From a bacterium (GTDB lineage: Bacteria; UBP7; UBA6624; JBBIMK01), in NCBI GenBank assembly GCA_037444445.1, contig JBBIMK010000018.1, positions 7,535 to 39,534 on the forward strand: a stretch of 32,000 bases of DNA, read 5' to 3'. Positions within the stretch are counted from its first letter, which is position 1, and each line of letters begins with the position of its first letter. The position numbers were made by a program, and so were the translations under genes. This document shows positions 26,763-32,000 of the stretch, piece by piece. The notes beneath the pieces were generated by a model that did no database searches, was not told the origin of the DNA, and saw only the letters and a program-made list of their open reading frames with translations.

Positions 26763-27459
26763 TTTCCTGGGTATTCCGGTGGATGTGTTCACAGCAGAAG
26801 AAGCCCTCTCTGCCGTGCACACTTCCAATGAAGGATATGCTCTGACCCTGAATCCTGAACTGGTGTGGCATGCTTTCCACAAACCGGAGGTGCTCGCGGC
26901 CCTTCAATGGGCGAAATTCGTGTTTTGCGATGGCACAGGGATTCATCTTGGGCTGAGAATCTTGAAGGGGGTTCGGGCTCCGCGGATTACAGGAATTGAC
27001 CTTCTCACAGGGCTTTTGCAGAAGGGAGGAAGGCAATTTTATTTCCTCGGAACTACGGAAAAAAATCTGCAGAAGGCTGTGAATCACTGTCAGGACCTCT
27101 TTCCTCAATCTCGAGTAGTTGGCTATCATTCCGGTTTTTTCTCACCGGGGGAGGAAGAAGGAATCTTGGAAGACATTCGGAGAAGCGGTGCGGACTTCCT
27201 CGTGGTGGGCATGGGGATGCCTCGCCAGGAACTCTGGCTGTATCGGCATCGCGCTCGGCTGTCGGGCTTTTTCAGCCTCACGGTAGGAGGGGCACTGGAT
27301 GTTCTATCCGGTGCCGTCCCCCGTGCCCCTATCTGGCTTCGGTCCTCCGGCCTGGAGTGGTCTTATCGCCTTCTCCTTCAGCCCTCTCGCATCTCCCGCC
27401 TGCTTACTGCCCATCCTTACTTCGTCTGGCAGGTTTTCAGGGAAAAATTCCGGAGATAA
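26752..27459 (+). CDS. tagA: WecB/TagA/CpsF-family glycosyltransferase (N-acetylmannosaminyltransferase-like)
   Basis: 'VDFLGIPVDVFTAEEAL', 'LNPE', 'FCDGTGI', 'RITGIDLL', 'FYFLGTTE', 'GYHSGFF', 'DFLVVGMGMPRQELWL'. Confidence 0.85.
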   Translation: MRVDFLGIPVDVFTAEEALSAVHTSNEGYALTLNPELVWHAFHKPEVLAALQWAKFVFCDGTGIHLGLRILKGVRAPRITGIDLLTGLLQKGGRQFYFLGTTEKNLQKAVNHCQDLFPQSRVVGYHSGFFSPGEEEGILEDIRRSGADFLVVGMGMPRQELWLYRHRARLSGFFSLTVGGALDVLSGAVPRAPIWLRSSGLEWSYRLLLQPSRISRLLTAHPYFVWQVFREKFRR

Positions 27460-27469
27460 CGGCAGAAGA

Positions 27470-28168
27470 ATGATGATTTTTATTGAACACGCATTTCTGC
27501 AATATCGGAATGGTACCATAGGGCTGGCAGATGTGAGTTTTTCCGCCAATAAAGGGGATTTTATGTTCATTGTGGGCCCTACGGGATGCGGGAAGACTTC
27601 ACTCTTCCGCCTCATCTATCGGGAGGTAGTGCCTCAGAGAGGGAAAGTGTATGTTCTCGGAAAGAATGTGGTCAACCTGCCCCGATGGCGTGTTCCGTAT
27701 TTAAGGCGGAATATCGGGGTGGTGTTTCAGGATTTTCGTCTTCTCCCTCACCGAACTGCGTGGGAGAATGTGGCATACGCTCTTCAGGTGATGGGCGCTC
27801 CACACGCCGAGATAGAGGAACAGGTGGAGGAAGCTCTTTCTCTCGTGGGGCTACTGGACAAAAGGGAGGTATATCCGGAACTCCTGTCGGGTGGGGAAAT
27901 GCAGAGGGTGAGCCTCGCCCGCGCCATCGCCAACCGTCCTCCTATCCTGCTGGCGGACGAGCCCACCGGAAATCTGGACCCGGATACCTCTCTGGAAATT
28001 ATCAGGCTCCTGGAGCGTGTCAATCTGCGTGGCACCACGGTTCTGGTGGCCACCCACGATAAATATATCGTGGATGCCATGGCAAAAACGGTGGTGCGGA
28101 TGGAAAACGGACGCATCACGGGACGAGAAGAAAGAGGAACTTACAGCGGAAATGTTCAGAACCTTTAA
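27470..28168 (+). CDS. ftsE: Cell-division ABC ATPase FtsE
   Basis: Start at ATG 27470 (MMIFIEHAFLQY..). Walker A 'GPTGCGKTSLF', 'LPYLRRNIGVVFQDF.LL', signature 'LSGGEMQRVSLARA', Walker B 'ILLADEPTGNLD'. The ORF-track start 27299 is an extension into tagA. Confidence 0.93.
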   Translation: MMIFIEHAFLQYRNGTIGLADVSFSANKGDFMFIVGPTGCGKTSLFRLIYREVVPQRGKVYVLGKNVVNLPRWRVPYLRRNIGVVFQDFRLLPHRTAWENVAYALQVMGAPHAEIEEQVEEALSLVGLLDKREVYPELLSGGEMQRVSLARAIANRPPILLADEPTGNLDPDTSLEIIRLLERVNLRGTTVLVATHDKYIVDAMAKTVVRMENGRITGREERGTYSGNVQNL

Positions 28169-29045
28169 CTTCTTCTTGCGGGAAGTGTGGGCAACCTTCA
28201 GCCGCACCCCTTTCCTCTCATTTGCCTTCATTACACAGTTTTCTGTTTCCCTGATCATCCTCGGCTTGTTCCTGATTTCAGCTGCCTGGTTAAATTCCAT
28301 TTTTCAGGAAGCCTCTACCTTTTATGAAATCCGTGCCTACCTTTCTCCTGCTGTGATTTCGGAAGAACAAATCAATAGCCTGGAGAAGGAAATTTTGAAA
28401 ATGCCGGGAGTCGTATCCACAGAATACTTCAGCAGTGAATCTGCACTTCTATTCATGAAGGAGCAGTATCATCTGGATATTCAGAGCATTTTTGGAGGGA
28501 ATCCCCTCCCTTCGGCCTTTCGTATTCGCATCCAGCCCGAGGCTGACCCGGCGGAACTGGCGGAGCGGATGAACTCGCTGAATGGAATAGAAGAAACGGA
28601 CTACACACGGCGGAAAGAGTTTCTCCTCCGCCTGAAATGGGTGGTTCTCGGAGGGCAAGCCCTTGCCCTACTGGTTCTCCTTGCCCTTGCCCTTTCCACT
28701 TTATTTACCGTCATTAACACCATCCGCCTTTCGGTGTATGCCCGAAGACGGGAGATCAAGGTTATGGAAATGGTGGGGGCTTCCGACTGGTTTATCCGCT
28801 GGCCATTTATTCTGGAAGGTCTCACCGGTGGACTTCTATCCACCTTCCTCTCTCTGGCTTTTGTGATAGTCATCTTCGGTATTGCGTGGAAATTCGCCCG
28901 ACTGAACCTGACTTTTCTTCCCCTTCCAGACTTACGGACGGGGTTCCTTCTCCTGGGTGCCGTCCTCTCCCTCTTCGCCATCATTGTCGGCGTCACAGGA
29001 AGTTATTTCGCCGTGAATCGCTTCCTCGGGGAGGTGATGGAATGA
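28152..29045 (+). CDS. ftsX: Cell-division permease FtsX
   Basis: Start at ATG 28152 ('MFRTFNFFLREVWATFSRTPFLSF'). Extracellular domain, then 'IRLSVYARRREIKVMEMVGASDWFIRWPFILEG' and three C-terminal TM helices. Follows ftsE with a 17-nt overlap. Confidence 0.9.
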   Translation: MFRTFNFFLREVWATFSRTPFLSFAFITQFSVSLIILGLFLISAAWLNSIFQEASTFYEIRAYLSPAVISEEQINSLEKEILKMPGVVSTEYFSSESALLFMKEQYHLDIQSIFGGNPLPSAFRIRIQPEADPAELAERMNSLNGIEETDYTRRKEFLLRLKWVVLGGQALALLVLLALALSTLFTVINTIRLSVYARRREIKVMEMVGASDWFIRWPFILEGLTGGLLSTFLSLAFVIVIFGIAWKFARLNLTFLPLPDLRTGFLLLGAVLSLFAIIVGVTGSYFAVNRFLGEVME

Positions 29046-30208
29046 ACCGTGCAGTTTTCTTCCTCCTGATTCTATTGCCTTTCTTTCTCCTATCTGCTGC
29101 AAAGGAAATCAGGAAAGAAGGCGCAAAGTCAGATGATGCGGAAGCCCTCAAAAAACGGCAGGAAGAAATTCAAAAACAAAAAGAAGAGCAGAAGAAAGCC
29201 ATCAGTTCACTCACTGAAGCCATCCGGAAGAAAGTCAAGGAAATGAGTGAGAAGGAAGCCCAATTGGAGAAGAAAAAGAAAGATTTAAGAGCCCTTCAGC
29301 AGAAACTGCGTCGTCTGGAAATCCAATCCAGTTACCTCTGGGCAGAGATGAAGCGAACGGAGGACCATCTGGATTCTCTTTCTTATGCCGCCCGTGAGCG
29401 TATTCTCCTGATTTATAAAGAAGGCTCAAAACCATACTGGGCTTATCTGATGGAATCGGATTCTCATGTGGATTTCATCGACCGGCTCTACTACTCCAGT
29501 TTGCTAATGGGACATGACATCCGAATGCTGGATGCTCTCCGAACCACAAACACCCGGCTCAAAGCATTGAAAACACGCTATGAAGAAAAAACAAAGGAAG
29601 TTGAAGAACTCACCGCGGTGGTCACCCGGGAGAAGAACATCCTGGATGCTGAACTCCGGAAGTTAATGTCAGACAAAAAGGAATTACTTCACAGTAAAAC
29701 AGCGGCGGAACATGCACTGGATGAACTGGAGCAGGAGGACCTGGAAATTACCCGACAATTGCAAGAATTAAAGGAACAGGGTGGGGACCGGGACCTGGTG
29801 TTCACGGGTCGCTTCCGTCTGCCTCTTAACGGGCGCCTTTCCTCAGGCTTCGGCATGCGGTTGCACCCGATTGCCCGGAGGAGAAAGATGCACACCGGCA
29901 TAGACATTGTGGCTCCTGAAGGAACACCAATTCATGCCGCTGCCCCGGGGCGTGTCTTCTTCGCTGATATAAAAGGCGGATATGGGAATTGCGTCATCAT
30001 CGTTCACGGCTACCACAATAATCAATCTTTCTCCACCCTTTATGCACACATGACCGACATCCTCGTCTCTGCAGGAGATATGGTAGAAGCCGGCGAAATT
30101 ATCGGAACGGTGGGCTCCACCGGCTACTCCACGGGTCCTCATCTGCATTTTGAAATCCGGGTGGACGGGACCCCAGTAAATCCAAAACCTTATCTGAATT
30201 TGAGGTGA
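29042..30208 (+). CDS. Coiled-coil M23 (LytM-domain) peptidoglycan metalloendopeptidase, EnvC-like position
   Basis: Signal peptide 'MNRAVFFLLILLPFFLLSAA' from ATG 29042 (ATGA overlap with ftsX). About 230 aa of K/E-rich heptad-like sequence. LytM domain with 'HTGID' (HxxxD) and 'GPHLHFE' (HxH). Confidence 0.88.
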   Translation: MNRAVFFLLILLPFFLLSAAKEIRKEGAKSDDAEALKKRQEEIQKQKEEQKKAISSLTEAIRKKVKEMSEKEAQLEKKKKDLRALQQKLRRLEIQSSYLWAEMKRTEDHLDSLSYAARERILLIYKEGSKPYWAYLMESDSHVDFIDRLYYSSLLMGHDIRMLDALRTTNTRLKALKTRYEEKTKEVEELTAVVTREKNILDAELRKLMSDKKELLHSKTAAEHALDELEQEDLEITRQLQELKEQGGDRDLVFTGRFRLPLNGRLSSGFGMRLHPIARRRKMHTGIDIVAPEGTPIHAAAPGRVFFADIKGGYGNCVIIVHGYHNNQSFSTLYAHMTDILVSAGDMVEAGEIIGTVGSTGYSTGPHLHFEIRVDGTPVNPKPYLNLR

Positions 30209-31467
30209 ATCGTATGAAGCAGGGAATCTGGGGTATCAGCCTGATTCTGGTCAGTTTTTCTGTCGGTGCCCTGGTGGGCTTTGACCTGCGGGGCTCTTTC
30301 GGTCTTTTCACCGACACTCGCCCCAAAAATCTCTCACCGAAAATGCCCCTCTTTTACGAAGCCTGGAAAACACTTAACACTTATTATTACAAAGAGATTG
30401 ACCTCCCGCCAGAAGAGGTGGTGATGGGAGCGGTGGCAGGGATGGTAAATTCTCTGAAAGACCCTTATACCCAGTTTTCCCCCCCTGTAGTCACCCAAAA
30501 TATCAGTGAAACCTTTCAGGGGGCTTTTGGCGGCATCGGCATCCTGGTGGACTTTGTCACCGGGAGAATGCGCGTGGTTTCGGTTATGCCCGATACCCCT
30601 GCCGACCAGGCAGGGCTGAAACCCGGCGACCTGATTCTCCAGATTGATAGTCAGGATGTAGAAAATATGGACCCCCTTCAGGCGGTGGAAAAAATCCGCG
30701 GTAAAATCGGCACCTCTGTCACCCTCTCCATCTGGAGAGAAGGCTTTCTGGAACCCAGAGACTTCACTTTAGAGCGAAAAGAAATTCAGGTCCCCAGCGT
30801 CACCGATGCCAGAATCCTCCAGGAAAACATCGGCTACCTGAAAATCAATGAGTTTAATAAAAACACCCCACAGCAGGTCCGGAATGCCGTGAAAGAATTA
30901 CAGGCAAAAGGGGCAAAGGGATTCATCCTTGACCTGCGATACAACCCTGGAGGCATCTTTGAATCCGGTATAGAAGTGGCAGACATCTTCCTGAAAGAGG
31001 GCACCATCGTAACTCTGGATAGCAAAACACGAAAAGAATCCTTCACGGCGAAGCCTGGCGACATTGGAGAAAGCCTTCCTCTCGTCCTTCTGGTGAATCG
31101 CTATTCTGCCAGCGCCAGCGAAATCGTCGCCGCCGCCCTCCACGACAATCATAGAGCAACTCTAATCGGTGAAACTACCCTCGGAAAAGGCATCGTCCAG
31201 ATGATGATTCCCCTCAGCAATCACTCCTCCCTGATGATTGTCACAGGCCGCTATCTCACCCCGAAAGGGGAAAACATCCATCAAAAGGGCATTCCCCCTG
31301 ATATTCAAATTGAACTGGACCCTCGGAAAGTTCAATCCGAAAAAGGGAAACAACTCCTTGAAAAACTAAAAAAACTGGAAGACGAATCCCTTTCCTTGCG
31401 TGACAGGCTCCTGGAAGAAATAAACCAGCAAATCCTCCAGAAAGGCATTTCCATCCTTCAGAAATAA
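30205..31467 (+). CDS. ctpA: Carboxyl-terminal processing protease (S41) with PDZ domain
   Basis: 'FGGIGI', PDZ 'PADQAGLKPGDLILQID', 'LDLRYNPGG', catalytic 'NRYSASASEIVAAAL' and 'TLGKG'. The start is GTG 30205 or ATG 30214. Confidence 0.9.
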   Translation: MNRMKQGIWGISLILVSFSVGALVGFDLRGSFGLFTDTRPKNLSPKMPLFYEAWKTLNTYYYKEIDLPPEEVVMGAVAGMVNSLKDPYTQFSPPVVTQNISETFQGAFGGIGILVDFVTGRMRVVSVMPDTPADQAGLKPGDLILQIDSQDVENMDPLQAVEKIRGKIGTSVTLSIWREGFLEPRDFTLERKEIQVPSVTDARILQENIGYLKINEFNKNTPQQVRNAVKELQAKGAKGFILDLRYNPGGIFESGIEVADIFLKEGTIVTLDSKTRKESFTAKPGDIGESLPLVLLVNRYSASASEIVAAALHDNHRATLIGETTLGKGIVQMMIPLSNHSSLMIVTGRYLTPKGENIHQKGIPPDIQIELDPRKVQSEKGKQLLEKLKKLEDESLSLRDRLLEEINQQILQKGISILQK

Positions 31468-31473
31468 TCACAA

Positions 31474-31493
31474 TTTCTGGTCACTCCCAGAAA
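31474..31493 (+). terminator. Hairpin just after the ctp stop (possible terminator, no U-tract)
   Basis: TTTCTGG (31474-31480) / CCAGAAA (31487-31493) with a 6-nt loop. It competes with an alternative hairpin, CAGAAAT (31459-31465) / ATTTCTG (31473-31479). Confidence 0.25.
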
Positions 31494-31782
31494 GTCCACA
31501 GAGGTGTCTATTCCCTTTAATCTTCTACGGGTTACTGAAATAATGCAACGATGTCATAGGACAAAAGCGATATTTCAAAAACTGACTCCACGGGCAGTGT
31601 GATGAGCAAGAAAGCCCTTGAAAAAAAGAAGAAAGTCTGACCCGCTGCTCGCACCACATTATCGCTGGCGATAGAGAACCAGTAGACTCGCAACTTTATG
31701 GTCCGGGGATTCCGTAGCCAGGCAAATTTGGTTCGTAGATGCAAAGTTTATATGCAAAACATTCCCGGCAACTTTTCTCATT

Positions 31783-32000
31783 CTAACACAGGCTAAGAAA
31801 ACGAAGATGGCGAGCAAGAACAAATATGACAGGTAGTTTTTTCCTCAATCTAATGCTATCCGTCCAGCGCTCCGGCGTCCCTGATATTTGCGTCTGCGGG
31901 AAGCGAGCATTCGCCCCCGTCCCCTGCTTGAATAATCTCCCCCCGTCCCAGAAATACTCCTCCACCACCTGATTACTGGCATCCCGCTCCTGAATCACTC
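31783..32000 (-). CDS. Partial minus-strand ORF running off the right edge, function unknown
   Basis: Open from the window edge to TAG (complement of 31783-31785). The visible 71 aa include 'VVEEYFWDGGRLFKQ', loosely reminiscent of YD/RHS-repeat 'YxWDGxRL' units. Too short to judge whether it is coding. Confidence 0.2.
   Translation of the reverse strand, partial: VIQERDASNQVVEEYFWDGGRLFKQGTGANARFPQTQISGTPERWTDSIRLRKKLPVIFVLARHLRFLSLC

Noticed and set aside
26545-27129. 194-aa minus-strand ORF spanning the csaB/tagA junction
   Set aside because: It is antisense to two well-supported genes, has no motifs and crosses a gene boundary, so I treat it as a stop-codon-poor frame artefact. The same reasoning applies to the minus-strand ORFs 2127-2642, 3739-4251, 4517-5008, 8965-9441 and 14839-15363.
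31487-31510. 'AGAAAGUCCACAGAGG', resembling the RNase P RNA CR-I motif GAGGAAAGUCC
   Set aside because: This is an isolated 8-nt similarity. The flanking P4 and CR-II to CR-V elements are absent, as is the 300-400 nt of structured GC-rich RNA, and the region is too short.
1-32000. CRISPR arrays, transposases/integrases, prophage, toxin-antitoxin or known defence-system genes
   Set aside because: I scanned the intergenic regions and all ORF translations. There are no spaced direct repeats, no recombinase, nuclease or reverse-transcriptase motifs and no small paired ORFs. Every sizeable ORF is accounted for by housekeeping or envelope functions.

Overview
This window is a compact, almost entirely plus-strand stretch of bacterial core genome. 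I found no CRISPR array, mobile element, rRNA or recognisable defence or toxin system. There are three long blocks of tightly coupled genes, many with ATGA/GTGA/TTGA start-stop overlaps. (1) A translation block runs infB, DUF503, rbfA, nrnA-like, truB and hisC, and continues into two secreted proteases. (2) A replication/housekeeping block runs dnaX, ybaB, recR, pdxS, pdxT, tmk, holB and yaaT(ricT). (3) An envelope and division block of about 11.7 kb runs LptF/G-family permease, LptD-like OMP, orphan lipoprotein, large polytopic membrane protein, csaB, tagA-like, ftsE, ftsX, M23 peptidase and S41 Ctp protease. The only clear minus-strand gene is a tRNA-Leu(CAG), which sits between blocks 2 and 3. 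The left edge cuts a glutamate-synthase-related GXGXG protein. The right edge has about 300 nt of unassigned DNA and a weak partial minus-strand ORF. The gene order is Firmicutes-like, but LPS-transport genes and SCWP-pyruvylation genes are also present, which suggests a diderm lineage with an SLH/pyruvyl-SCWP-tethered envelope. I cannot name the taxon from sequence alone. The items most worth follow-up are: a SpoIVB/S55-type protease whose Ser and His motifs are in swapped order; an apparently leaderless infB; the uncharacterised lipoprotein and polytopic membrane protein between lptD and csaB; and A-tract repeats at the tau/gamma boundary of dnaX. All homology calls come from motif recognition by eye, and no searches were run.
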